From contig JBBSVT010000103.1 of the NCBI GenBank assembly GCA_038046685.1, forward strand, positions 1 through 50,810: a DNA stretch of 50,810 nt. The letters run 5' to 3'. Source of the stretch: Nanobdellota archaeon. Its GTDB lineage: Archaea > Nanobdellota > Nanobdellia > Woesearchaeales > GW2011-AR4. The position numbers and the translations under genes were made by a program. A model generated the notes under the pieces. The model worked only from the letters and a program-made list of their open reading frames with translations. It did not search any database and was not told the origin of the DNA. Below, one piece after another: positions 37,746-47,735 of this stretch (position 1 is the stretch's first letter; every line of letters begins with the position of its first letter).

Positions 37746-38018
37746 ATTTTGTTTTATTTTTTATTAGTTTTTGAGTGAAATAAGAAAATGGAATTTAAGA
37801 GTTATTTTAAAAAATTTGGAATTGGATTGCTATTATTGCAGGCGGTTGAAATATATTTGGATACTTAAGTGGTCTTATAATTGCATCTTTCACTTTCGTT
37901 ATAGGTACCGTTATGGGGTAGTTTTAGAAATAAGACAAAAAATTATCTAAACTCTAATTTTTAAACTATTGGACATCCCTACCTAAAATATTTAAACTAA
38001 AAAAACAAAGATGGGATT

Positions 38019-40040
38019 ATGGAACTTAATGTTATTGATCAAATAAAGAAATTCCAAGATTTTATTGATAGTAATTACTATGATTCTCTGTTGGACAGCG
38101 TCAGGAAAGGTAATAAGGGGGTACTCATAGATTTTTCAGAGCTGTCTAAATATGACCCTGATCTGGCTACTGAACTCTTGGACGCTCCTGAAGAAACTAT
38201 TAAGGCGTTTGAAAAGGCTATTGAGCAATTTGATGTTGACAGTGAATTACATTTCAAGATCAGAATCGATAACTTGCCTAAAAACCAGCATGTTGTGATA
38301 AGGGAGATTAGAAGCAAACACATCAACAAATTATTGTTTGTGGAAGGGATTATAAAGCGTAAATCAGATGTAAGGCCACAGGTTACATCAGCCAAGTTTG
38401 AATGTCCTGTGTGTGGAAACATAATGAATGTTCTGCAATTGGAAGGCACTTTTAAAGAGCCCACCAGGTGCGGGTGTGGAAGGAAAGGAAAATTTATTAT
38501 GATCAACAAAGAGCTTGTTGATGCGCAAGGAATTGTCCTTGAAGAATCGCCAGAAAATCTTGAAGGTGGAGAACAACCCAAGAGAGTGGACATACTTGTA
38601 ACAGATGATTTGGTAAGCCCTTTAAGCGAGAAAAGAACTTCGCCAGGCAGTAAGGTTAAGGTAGTGGGTATTGTTAAAGAAGTCCCTATAATTTCCAAAA
38701 GTGGCGCAAAATCCACAAAGTTTGATTTAATGATAGATGCCAATTACATAAAACCAACTGAGGATACTTTCTATGAGGTTAACATAAGTGAACAAGAGGA
38801 AAAAGAAATTTTGGAAATAGCGAATGACCCAAAAGGCTATGAAAAACTTGTAAATTCAATTGCTCCTTCGATTTATGGCTATGAAAAAATAAAAGAAGCG
38901 TTATTGCTCCAGTTAATGGGGGGCGTTAGGAAAGTCAGAAGTGATAAAATAGTTAGCAGAGGAGATATGCATATTTTGCTCTGCGGAGACCCTGGCAGTG
39001 GAAAGAGCGCATTACTAAAAAGGATAACCCAAATTGCTCCTAAAGGGAGATATGTAGGTGGTAAAGGTGTGAGCGGAGCAGGCATAACTGCTGCTGTTGT
39101 CAGAGATGAATTCTTAAGAGGGTGGGCGTTAGAAGCTGGAGCAATGGTTTTGAGCAGTGATGGTCTTGTTTGTGTTGATGAGCTTGATAAGATGAATTCT
39201 GAAGATAGGGCTGCAATGCATGAAGCGCTGGAAAATCAAACAGTGAGCATAAGCAAGGCAAATATTCAAGCCACTTTAATAGCAAGAACAACTGTGTTGG
39301 CTGCGGCAAACCCAAAATTTGGAAGATTTGATCCTTACGGGATTATAGCAGACCAGATAGACCTTCCACCTACTTTAATTAATAGATTTGATTTAATATT
39401 CCCTATAAAGGATTTGCCAGAAGAAATAAGAGACGAAAGGATGGCAAAACATATGCTAACTCTTCATCAAAGACCTGATTTAAATGAACCAGAGGTTTCA
39501 ACAAATCTTTTAAGGAAATATATCTCATATGCTAGACAAAAAATAGTCCCTAAATTAACAGATGGTGCCTTGGAGGAGATAAAGGATTTCTATTTAAGAA
39601 TGAGAAAAAGTGGAGGGGGTGAAGGCAGTATAAAGTCAATACCTATCTCTCCAAGACAATTAGAGGCATTAGTAAGATTAAGCGAGGCTTCCGCAAAGGC
39701 GAGGCTTGACGACAGAGTCACTAGAAAAGATGCAAAAAAGGCCATCGAATTGCTGGATTTTTGTTTAATGCAAGTGGGATTCGACAGGGAAACAGGTAAG
39801 ATTGACATCGACAGGATTGCTACAGGGATAGCCGCAACCCAAAGGAGCCATATACTGGTTTTAAAGGAGATAATTGCCGAACTGGAATCTAAACTTGGCA
39901 AGACTATACCCATAGATGATGTTATTTCTGAAGCTAAAAATCGCGGACTGGATGAGGACAAGGTTGAGGAAGCGCTGGAAAGATTGAAGAGATCCGGGGA
40001 TGTCTTCGAGCCAAGGCGCGGATTTGTCTCAAGAATTTGA
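38019..40040 (+). CDS. mcm: MCM replicative helicase
   Basis: Zn finger, Walker A GDPGSGKS, VDELDKM, AAANPKFGRFD, SPRQLEAL, C-terminal WH; no intein. Confidence 0.97.
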   Translation: MELNVIDQIKKFQDFIDSNYYDSLLDSVRKGNKGVLIDFSELSKYDPDLATELLDAPEETIKAFEKAIEQFDVDSELHFKIRIDNLPKNQHVVIREIRSKHINKLLFVEGIIKRKSDVRPQVTSAKFECPVCGNIMNVLQLEGTFKEPTRCGCGRKGKFIMINKELVDAQGIVLEESPENLEGGEQPKRVDILVTDDLVSPLSEKRTSPGSKVKVVGIVKEVPIISKSGAKSTKFDLMIDANYIKPTEDTFYEVNISEQEEKEILEIANDPKGYEKLVNSIAPSIYGYEKIKEALLLQLMGGVRKVRSDKIVSRGDMHILLCGDPGSGKSALLKRITQIAPKGRYVGGKGVSGAGITAAVVRDEFLRGWALEAGAMVLSSDGLVCVDELDKMNSEDRAAMHEALENQTVSISKANIQATLIARTTVLAAANPKFGRFDPYGIIADQIDLPPTLINRFDLIFPIKDLPEEIRDERMAKHMLTLHQRPDLNEPEVSTNLLRKYISYARQKIVPKLTDGALEEIKDFYLRMRKSGGGEGSIKSIPISPRQLEALVRLSEASAKARLDDRVTRKDAKKAIELLDFCLMQVGFDRETGKIDIDRIATGIAATQRSHILVLKEIIAELESKLGKTIPIDDVISEAKNRGLDEDKVEEALERLKRSGDVFEPRRGFVSRI

Positions 40041-40050
40041 TTGTTATAAA

Positions 40051-40677
40051 ATGTTGGAACAGCAAAATATTTTTCAAAAAAGGCAAATAGCGTATAAGAT
40101 TTGGGTTTCTAATATATTAAATGGAAATTTCGCAAAAGGGGGTTTATCTGCTGGACACATCGAAATTGGTGGGTTTAATATTTCAAGGGTTAATCTCATA
40201 GCAACATTGGTTTACAAGTCTAAAGAACTTAATTACACTAACACAATTATAGATGATGGTACTGGTAAAATTTCGTTGAGAACTTTCGAAAACAACGATA
40301 TTTTCTTAAATGTTGATGTTGGTGAGATAGTTTTGATTATCGGAAAAATAAGAGAGTATAATAATGAAAAATACATCGTGCCGGAGATTTTGAAGAAAAT
40401 AGATAATATCGGGTGGATAAGTGTTAGGAAAGCGGAGTTGGCTAAGCAAGAGTATGCAGTTAGCAAGAGTGGAAGCGAGAGTAAGGCTAAAGATATTGAT
40501 AACCTCAGTGAGGAAATCTGCTCGCTTATCAAGAAATTTGACAAGGGTGATGGTGCCTCTATCGATGAAGTCATCAATAGCTCTGGAAGCACTGATGCAG
40601 AAAATATTTTGCATAAATTATTGGAGAATGGGGAAATTTTTGAATTAAAGCCAGGTAAAATTAAGGTGTTAGAATAA
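40051..40677 (+). CDS. RPA2/RPA32-like protein (OB fold + C-terminal winged helix)
   Basis: KRQIAYK, SRVNLIAT, IDDGTGKI, GEIFELKPGKIK. Confidence 0.75.
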   Translation: MLEQQNIFQKRQIAYKIWVSNILNGNFAKGGLSAGHIEIGGFNISRVNLIATLVYKSKELNYTNTIIDDGTGKISLRTFENNDIFLNVDVGEIVLIIGKIREYNNEKYIVPEILKKIDNIGWISVRKAELAKQEYAVSKSGSESKAKDIDNLSEEICSLIKKFDKGDGASIDEVINSSGSTDAENILHKLLENGEIFELKPGKIKVLE

Positions 40678-41520
40678 AATCGGAGTTACATAAATTTCCA
40701 GAAACGCCGCCGCAATAAGAAAGCCCACTGCAATTAAGATAAGCTCTGAGAAATCCTTCATGATAATAGAAAATTTGCTTGATTGGAAGTGTTTTCTTAT
40801 CAAGGCAACTGAAAGTATGCCTCCTGCAAGACCTCCGTAGAAATAAGCTGCAATCTCTGGAATGCCATGCAGAGAATATTTTAATAACCCTAGGGAAACT
40901 ATATGAAAATAATTGCCGATTTCTAGCAAATTGAGAGAACTTGTGTAATTGCTTATGTTTACCCGGATAAAATTTCCAATGGCTGCACCAATTACGGTTG
41001 CATTCCATGCCAAAATAAATATAGCTCCAGCCCCATAAATAAACGCCAATAGTGTTGAGAAGGCCAACACTTTAAAATTATTAAAAAATATTTTCTGGAA
41101 AATGCTTAAATTATTTGCAACATTTCCAGAAACCTGGTTATTGATGGCTTGTATTGTTCCTGTCTGTTTATCAAAAAGCTGGTTAATTGTAGATGTTGGG
41201 AGCATGACATACCATAAAGCGCTTGCAACCGTAATTCCCACAAACATATACATAAAAAATGTAATTGCTTTATTATGCTCCTTAAAGATTAAAGATTCAT
41301 TATCAATCAGCATATCCTTACTTTCTTCTAATTTAATAGTATTATAAAAAATAGGCAAAGCAGCCATTGTTATCATAAATACCATAATTAAGCTTGCTTG
41401 ATCCCTAAAAATCCATAAGGAAATGACAACGCTAATAGATGCATAAATAAAACCAAGAAAAAATGTTTCCCATGGCTTTTTCTCAGCTTTTAAAGGGTAC
41501 AATAGGGATTCTATTACCAT
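40669..41520 (-). CDS. SpoIIM (stage II sporulation protein M)-family membrane protein
   Basis: IFFNN, HGIPEI, AAFLEIYVTP; multi-TM. Confidence 0.85.
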   Translation of the reverse strand: MVIESLLYPLKAEKKPWETFFLGFIYASISVVISLWIFRDQASLIMVFMITMAALPIFYNTIKLEESKDMLIDNESLIFKEHNKAITFFMYMFVGITVASALWYVMLPTSTINQLFDKQTGTIQAINNQVSGNVANNLSIFQKIFFNNFKVLAFSTLLAFIYGAGAIFILAWNATVIGAAIGNFIRVNISNYTSSLNLLEIGNYFHIVSLGLLKYSLHGIPEIAAYFYGGLAGGILSVALIRKHFQSSKFSIIMKDFSELILIAVGFLIAAAFLEIYVTPILF

Positions 41521-41570
41521 ACTTTTTTACTTAGGTGCTTTATTTATATACTTTTTGAAAAGAAATCGTA

Positions 41571-42605
41571 TTAGGGATTGTTGAGTATTTCATTAGCAAG
41601 TCTTCTGGCAAGGTATTTCCCTATTATTTCATGTCCTTTTTTATTTGGATGCCACGGATCATACCAATTAGTTGGATTTTGTTTTATTTCTGAAGATTTA
41701 TATTTTGAAAATTCTTCTAGTAAGTCGTAGGCGATTAGCCCATCAGCGGTTGCCACACTAACCAATTTTTGATGATAAATCTTTAATGAGTAGTTATTAA
41801 ACCCCGATTTTAGAAATGTCGGGTGTATTAGGAATATTATCTTTGTGTTTTTTTCTTTTGAAATTTTACCTATTTCCCCTATGTTTGACTTTATATTTGG
41901 CCAGTAAACGCAATGCAGGAAATAGTCAGGGTCGAGGTTACATTCTCTTGAGTTTAACTTTTCCTTGATAAAGAAAAGTTTCATCGAAACATAATTTGTA
42001 AAATAGGATTTTGGTTTAAAAAAATAGCGGCCTGCCTCATTATTCGCATTATGGTAAAGGGGGTGCGCAGGATCATTAAGCACGTAGCTCCAGATTATAA
42101 GGTCGGGATTATATTTAAAAGCCTCTTTCTTCAGAATCGTCAATTCTTGGACTGTGGAATATCCGCCTCGGGCTAGGATAACTGTTTCAAATCTCCAGCT
42201 CCTCAATTGTTTGTTTAGGCTATCCTCAAGTATTTTTCCGAAGGATTCTCTATAGGATTCAAGACCTGAACCTTGGGCAACAGAGTCTCCGATTATCACT
42301 ATCCTGAATGTACCGTTGCTTTTTGAAAAATTATGGTCTTCATCAAAATACCCATTTGAGTTCATTCCGCATCGATTTGGTTTAAATTCGTATATAAGTG
42401 TTGAATCACTTGAGGAAGTCTCGCACATTTCCCTTTCCTTGTATTTCAAGTTCATGAATTCGTGATATTTGCGGTCTTTAGCCCCAAGAAAGATTTCAAA
42501 AGAAGTGACAATTATTAAACTTGTGACTAGAACTGTAGTCAACAGCAACGCCAATTCTTTGTATTTTTTAATATAAAACGATTTGATAAATTCATCTATT
42601 TTCAT
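41571..42605 (-). CDS. Membrane-anchored SGNH/GDSL hydrolase-family protein
   Basis: N-terminal TM, IGDS, LND, DPWHPN..GH. Confidence 0.82.
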   Translation of the reverse strand: MKIDEFIKSFYIKKYKELALLLTTVLVTSLIIVTSFEIFLGAKDRKYHEFMNLKYKEREMCETSSSDSTLIYEFKPNRCGMNSNGYFDEDHNFSKSNGTFRIVIIGDSVAQGSGLESYRESFGKILEDSLNKQLRSWRFETVILARGGYSTVQELTILKKEAFKYNPDLIIWSYVLNDPAHPLYHNANNEAGRYFFKPKSYFTNYVSMKLFFIKEKLNSRECNLDPDYFLHCVYWPNIKSNIGEIGKISKEKNTKIIFLIHPTFLKSGFNNYSLKIYHQKLVSVATADGLIAYDLLEEFSKYKSSEIKQNPTNWYDPWHPNKKGHEIIGKYLARRLANEILNNP

Positions 42606-42720
42606 GAGTTTTCTTAGCGTTTATTATTAAATTATTTCAAGATGCATTCAGGTTAAGGATACTGCAAATATGGAAGAGGTGATGATTAAATTTATAAATT
42701 AGGCTTTTTTCTTGCTTAAT

Positions 42721-43134
42721 ATGGAAGACTACAAGAAAATGCTCGAAGCGGTGAGAATGAACCTTCCAGAAGCTGTTTTCCTTAAAGAGAGGTTCGAGAT
42801 ACCTAAAGCCCTTGGGCATATTCAAGGCAATAGAACGATAATTAGTAATTTTCTCCAGATTGCCTCAAACTTGAGAAGGGAGGTTAACCATTTGCTTAAG
42901 TATGTTCTAAAGGAATTGGCTACCCCCGGCGAGATTAAAAAGAGCGGCGCTTTAATTCTTGGCACAAAAGTACCTGCTTCAAGGATAAACGAGAAGATTA
43001 GGCAGTATGCGCATGAATTTGTGCTTTGCCTTGAATGCGGCAAGCCCGACACAAAAATAGAAAAAGAAGGCGAATTAACCTACATGAAGTGCACTGCGTG
43101 CGGTGTAAAGAATTTCGTCAAGGCGAAGATTTAG
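42721..43134 (+). CDS. eif2b: Translation initiation factor 2 subunit beta
   Basis: ERFEIP, LKELATPG, C..CGKPDT...C..CG Zn finger. Confidence 0.95.
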   Translation: MEDYKKMLEAVRMNLPEAVFLKERFEIPKALGHIQGNRTIISNFLQIASNLRREVNHLLKYVLKELATPGEIKKSGALILGTKVPASRINEKIRQYAHEFVLCLECGKPDTKIEKEGELTYMKCTACGVKNFVKAKI

Positions 43135-43307
43135 CAATGTCCTTTTTTCTTTTGAAAATTTTGCTTTAACTTATAAATTTACTATTAAACGCAATTGAAA
43201 CTGAGTTTAATAGTTGTTCTACGCAATTATTACTCAGGGTCACTCTAAATTATTGATAGGGCAAGAAATCAATATATTTTTAAAGATGTGAATACTCTAT
43301 TAACCAA

Positions 43308-43868
43308 ATGAACCAAAAAAATATTTATCTCATAGTTACAATCTCTTTAATTCTTGTTATAGTAATAGGATATATAATTTTTTATAATCCTTATCCTAAA
43401 GAGATTGATGTCGAATATGGAGGTAATATTCCAAAAGGAACATTTAAGGCAGTTATAGGTGATGAATAAATATTTACCAATGGTCCTGATGTAGTAAGTG
43501 TTACCATTTATGAAAAATATGGAGTGATGAAAGACTTCTGCACATACTATGATTCCTCCAACGAGTATTTTTGCCCATTTAGATTAGGAATCAAAATCAG
43601 CGATTCTTCAGCAGAAAAACAAGCACAAATAACTTCTAATCTTGAAGTTATAAAAGAAGATGATTTGGAATATCTTTCAAATAATTTAATTTTGTATCTT
43701 AACGGCGAAAAACTTGACGAATTAAGAATTTCTGCTGAATTAAAAGGAATTGTAAATAAAGACCTTCAAATTTCTGGCTCTGGAAAAGGAAAATCAAAAA
43801 GAGATGCTGTTAATGATGCTAAGAAAAGACACGATAAATTAGTAAATATTTTTTTGGATATTAGATGA
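43308..43868 (+). pseudogene. Membrane-anchored protein resembling an archaeal SecD extracellular domain, with an in-frame stop
   Basis: ATG at 43308 encodes an N-terminal TM; TAA at 43467-43469; the frame continues into the ORF at 43524 (LYLNG..LDELRI...LKG...QISGSG.G...A..DA). Confidence 0.55.
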
Positions 43869-43996
43869 TTTCTTGCGCTTACTCTTATTCTTTTATTGTG
43901 TTCCGCACTTGATACGAGTGCCCCTTCCGTCATAACTTCCCTCGCCCCACTTCGTAGGCTCGGTGCGTAGAACAGGCATGCCGATGTTAAATACAA

Positions 43997-44145
43997 TAAT
44001 TTTGAGAGGTGAACGTAATTTGGGACAATTTTAACTTAATGTTTTAACTAAGAGGGGCTTCGCCTTTGATGAATTAAAATTGTCCCCTTAATCCTAGTTT
44101 CTAATTGCTCACTTTGTTCGCTTGATAAAATACCTCTCAAAATTA
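43997..44145. repeat. ~150-bp nested inverted repeat (long hairpin)
   Basis: 14-bp perfect arms 43997-44010/44132-44145; 13-bp perfect arms 44022-44034/44074-44086; apical GGGC-TTC-GCCT. Confidence 0.8.
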
Positions 44146-44224
44146 CTTTTCGGAACGCAATTTCCCAGAACTTGCGTAACTGGCGGAGAATATAACATAC
44201 GATCATGTATGTTAAGTTCAATAT

Positions 44225-47200
44225 TTATCCAAACCATCTGTTCAATCCTTCCTGCTTGTCTTTCTCTCTTCCAAAAACCCCTTCAACCCTATTTTTTGTT
44301 AACTCCAAAGTTTGTCTAAGATAGGCAGGAAGCCCATATTTCTCTGATAAGGAGATCGCCGGCTCTAAATATTTGATGATTGTGCCCTCTGAAACAGTGA
44401 ATATTAATCTGCTGTCGCATGCCAAACATCTTCCTGTTAAAGGTGGCCTGCGGTACTTTTCGGTGCATTTGCTGCACCTAAATTGCTGCATGGAAAATTT
44501 TCTTAAATTCCCCTTTATATCTCTTAATAAGTGTTTTTCTATAACCAATCTGGCAACATCCGCTGCATCTACAGCTCTTATTTTATCTGCTAGCTCCATT
44601 TGTCCTTTTAATTTGTCTTCCATTGAAGGTAGTGTCTTGTACGAAGAGCACTTAATACCCATGTTGATATTGGTCAGTGGATGTGTATAATGTATTGCCG
44701 AGTAGTCATTTTCAGAATTTAGTATATTTGCAAATCTTTGTATATTCACGTTCCACGGAAGCTCGTATTTTTGTGTTGATTCATAAAATTCTATTGGATA
44801 GTTTTTGACTACATCCAAATCAAACACCATATCATCAACTTCTGTTGGAACCAGTATTGAAGTTATAACTAAAGGTGCGTCTTGTGTTGCTCCTCGCGAA
44901 TTTGGAAGGAATTGTCTTGAGAAATTTAGAAGCGCGTCCATCAGTAAAGTAACCGATGCTTCATCTCCATCACAATCCCTTCTTGTTGCTGCATGAAATA
45001 AAGGATGGGCATACAATACCTGTGTTTTAGAAAATCCAATTATCCTGCCTACAATGCCGGCTGACGTATGCGGTGCCAATGCAACAACAAGGTGCCCCAC
45101 TAGGTCTTGTCCGGATTGCAAATTATAAAATTCTTTCAGGCCGTATAATGAAACTAGCAGCTCATCAATAAACCTGCTTAGATTATAAAGAATCTTGTCA
45201 GCGCCAGATTCAGGCGCATCTTCACATTTTGGTAAGATAATGTCTTGCGGATTCAATTCTAAGATTTGCTCCTCACCTGCCAATTCTGATCCGTGAATAT
45301 CTTTGGTATAGCCCAGTCTCCTCAATTCTTCCACTGAAGTTCCAATCTCTTTCGGATTGAAATGCGTGATTGGCAGCTGCGTCATATCATATCTAGTAGT
45401 GCCATCTCTGTTGACTGGCAGCTCATGTTTTGCCCTTAAGATTCCTTTTGCAGGGTGCTCCGGAACATGATTTTTGTTTGAGGTACCTCTAACACCTTTT
45501 ATCAGATCTGGGTATTGTTGCATGCCTAGTTTTTTTAATATTCTCTTAAAGTAATGGTTGATATCGATGTTCTGCAATTTATAGCTGTTTGTGTTTCCAT
45601 GTTTGCATTTTGTGTCTTCAGTTAGTCCGCATGAGCTGCAATGCCTCATTTTTTTTGTTTTATTGTCGCATTGTTCACATACACTTAGTATTGTCTCTTT
45701 TTTACAATGCTCACAAAAATATATCGGGAATTCTGCTGCTATATGCCCTGATTCCATTGCGTTTTGAAATGACCTTAATTTACCTCCCTGTTTCCCTATA
45801 GGAAATAGTGTATGTGGCTCGCCATCGAGCTTCCGCACTTTTGCCTTCTCCGGTCTACCCATTCTTGCACCGACAAAAATCCCTGATTTGTCCCTGATTT
45901 TTATCACTGAAAATAGATTTAATATGTCTAGAACATCCTCCGTCTGAGAATTTTTATATTGCTCGCAAAAATTCTTTTCGTCAAGTTTTAATAGAGAATT
46001 TAATATTTCTGCATCATCCCGTCCTATTATCACTGACTCATTATTAACATAAATATGCGGCACCCCAAGAAGCTCCAGGACTCTTTTACCCACTTCATCT
46101 TTTGGAAGAATAATCTTACTGATGTCACTTCCATTAAATTCTATTTTTGCCTTAAGGAACCAATCAACTAACACAAGAAATTCCTCCCTTGAAATAGTTT
46201 TCCAATGGTAAGTGAAATAAGGATGTAAGGGGACAGAAAGGGCTTTGCTTAATGTTATTGCTATTTTTGCTGTCGGTTTCTCAAAAAAAAAATTTTTGAC
46301 TGAGTTCTCTAGATTGACTTCCTCGAGGCCAGTTATTTCTGAGAGTTTGTGGAAGTCTAAAAAACCAAATCTGGCTACCATTTCTTTTTCAACTTCAAGC
46401 GACCACCATTCTTCACAATACCCAGCAGGTGGCAAAGTGTGTGCCCTGTTAAAGAAATCCCCATAACTGATTAGTATATCACCCAAAAATAAAATTTCCT
46501 TGGTAGATCCAACTACCTGTTTTGCTGTATATTCAGTATCCACTTTAATAACACTTCCATTATCCAATTTTACTATAGGTCCATCTATGGAGTCACATAC
46601 ACTCACAGCTGTTGCCTTCCCGGGCCTTTCTATCTTCAGTTGGGTGCCTATTGCAATGTATTTGTTAAGAATTATCATAGTAGCCGGATGTATTGCTGAT
46701 GCCGAATATCCTGACGTCCTACATCTTCCGTAACGCAAACGAAATCCTCCAACAGCAAGCGGGTGCGTCAGAACTGGTCTGCCGGCTACGAGGTCCTGAA
46801 TATATGTGTAAATTGGGGCTATTCCTTTTCTTACAATTTTTTCTTTTGCCTTCGTTTCCTTTTGCAATTGCGTGAACTCTTGCAAAAATAACCAATTCTC
46901 AAGACCAAACTCTTTGGCCCATTTTTTAAGTTGTGGCCATATTTTGGCAGCTTTTTGCGCCACACATTCCCCAAGAACTAAACACGGTCCGCTCCTTATC
47001 CCATTGGTTTCTATTCTTTCCAGGTCTTTATAATTAGAAACTTCTATATCTTCAGATGCATCACCATCAATCTGAACCGGTAAGTTGCTAACCAGAAACC
47101 TTATTTCTCTTTCTGTTGGCAAGTATTGAAGATTGGTGATTCTTTCATGATAATCATAAAGCTCTGTGACCATCCTCCTTATTTCCTTCTCTGAAGGATC

Positions 47201-47734
47201 ATAAGCGTCATATCCTAAATTTTTCCTTATGTAATCTGCGATAATAACGCTTAGGGCGCCTGCAGTTCCTCCAGCGCTTCTTATAGGCCCAGAATACATT
47301 AGAGAGAAATATTCTTTACCATCCAGCCTTTTTCCCAGTTTTAAGCCGACAAAACCTTCTAATGGTGATGACACAACACCAAGGGTTAAATAAGCCAAAC
47401 CCACCCTTATTCCTGTTTCAATCGCGTCTTTTTGTGTTTCGAAACTACAAAATTTTTGCTGGGTAGTTTCTATGGATATTTTAAGTGCAACTCTCCAATC
47501 CAGTTTTCCATAAATGCTTTCAAGTTCCTTTATTCTTTTCGGGATTCCTTTATGTAGTATTTGTGGGACTGCCACACTTATCAAGCCTTCTACTCGCTCT
47601 GTCATATTTTTGGCTAGAGGTATATTCACTTTTTCCTCAGGGTCATAACCTTTTGACCTTGCCAAATTTGCGACTTGATAAGAGGCGTCTGTCTTTGCAA
47701 GAATATCGTTCATGTAATTACCTTCATTTCTCAT
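44225..47734 (-). CDS. polC: DNA polymerase D large subunit (DP2)
   Basis: GPIRSAGGT, GGFRLRYGR, RMGRPEKA, CDGDE catalytic motif, C-terminal Zn finger; no intein. Confidence 0.97.
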   Translation of the reverse strand: MRNEGNYMNDILAKTDASYQVANLARSKGYDPEEKVNIPLAKNMTERVEGLISVAVPQILHKGIPKRIKELESIYGKLDWRVALKISIETTQQKFCSFETQKDAIETGIRVGLAYLTLGVVSSPLEGFVGLKLGKRLDGKEYFSLMYSGPIRSAGGTAGALSVIIADYIRKNLGYDAYDPSEKEIRRMVTELYDYHERITNLQYLPTEREIRFLVSNLPVQIDGDASEDIEVSNYKDLERIETNGIRSGPCLVLGECVAQKAAKIWPQLKKWAKEFGLENWLFLQEFTQLQKETKAKEKIVRKGIAPIYTYIQDLVAGRPVLTHPLAVGGFRLRYGRCRTSGYSASAIHPATMIILNKYIAIGTQLKIERPGKATAVSVCDSIDGPIVKLDNGSVIKVDTEYTAKQVVGSTKEILFLGDILISYGDFFNRAHTLPPAGYCEEWWSLEVEKEMVARFGFLDFHKLSEITGLEEVNLENSVKNFFFEKPTAKIAITLSKALSVPLHPYFTYHWKTISREEFLVLVDWFLKAKIEFNGSDISKIILPKDEVGKRVLELLGVPHIYVNNESVIIGRDDAEILNSLLKLDEKNFCEQYKNSQTEDVLDILNLFSVIKIRDKSGIFVGARMGRPEKAKVRKLDGEPHTLFPIGKQGGKLRSFQNAMESGHIAAEFPIYFCEHCKKETILSVCEQCDNKTKKMRHCSSCGLTEDTKCKHGNTNSYKLQNIDINHYFKRILKKLGMQQYPDLIKGVRGTSNKNHVPEHPAKGILRAKHELPVNRDGTTRYDMTQLPITHFNPKEIGTSVEELRRLGYTKDIHGSELAGEEQILELNPQDIILPKCEDAPESGADKILYNLSRFIDELLVSLYGLKEFYNLQSGQDLVGHLVVALAPHTSAGIVGRIIGFSKTQVLYAHPLFHAATRRDCDGDEASVTLLMDALLNFSRQFLPNSRGATQDAPLVITSILVPTEVDDMVFDLDVVKNYPIEFYESTQKYELPWNVNIQRFANILNSENDYSAIHYTHPLTNINMGIKCSSYKTLPSMEDKLKGQMELADKIRAVDAADVARLVIEKHLLRDIKGNLRKFSMQQFRCSKCTEKYRRPPLTGRCLACDSRLIFTVSEGTIIKYLEPAISLSEKYGLPAYLRQTLELTKNRVEGVFGREKDKQEGLNRWFG

Positions 47735-47735
47735 T

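Noticed and set aside
37788-37930. Possible decayed small membrane-protein gene between tbp and mcm
   Set aside because: It needs a frameshift and internal stops to read; too weak without homologs.
20940-43469. Stop-codon reassignment or read-through suggested by three in-frame stops (TGA 20940, TAA 23130, TAA 43467)
   Set aside because: TGA and TAA terminate core genes here (mcm and gpsA end in TGA; rps2 and tbp in TAA), and all three cases lie in decaying accessory DNA.
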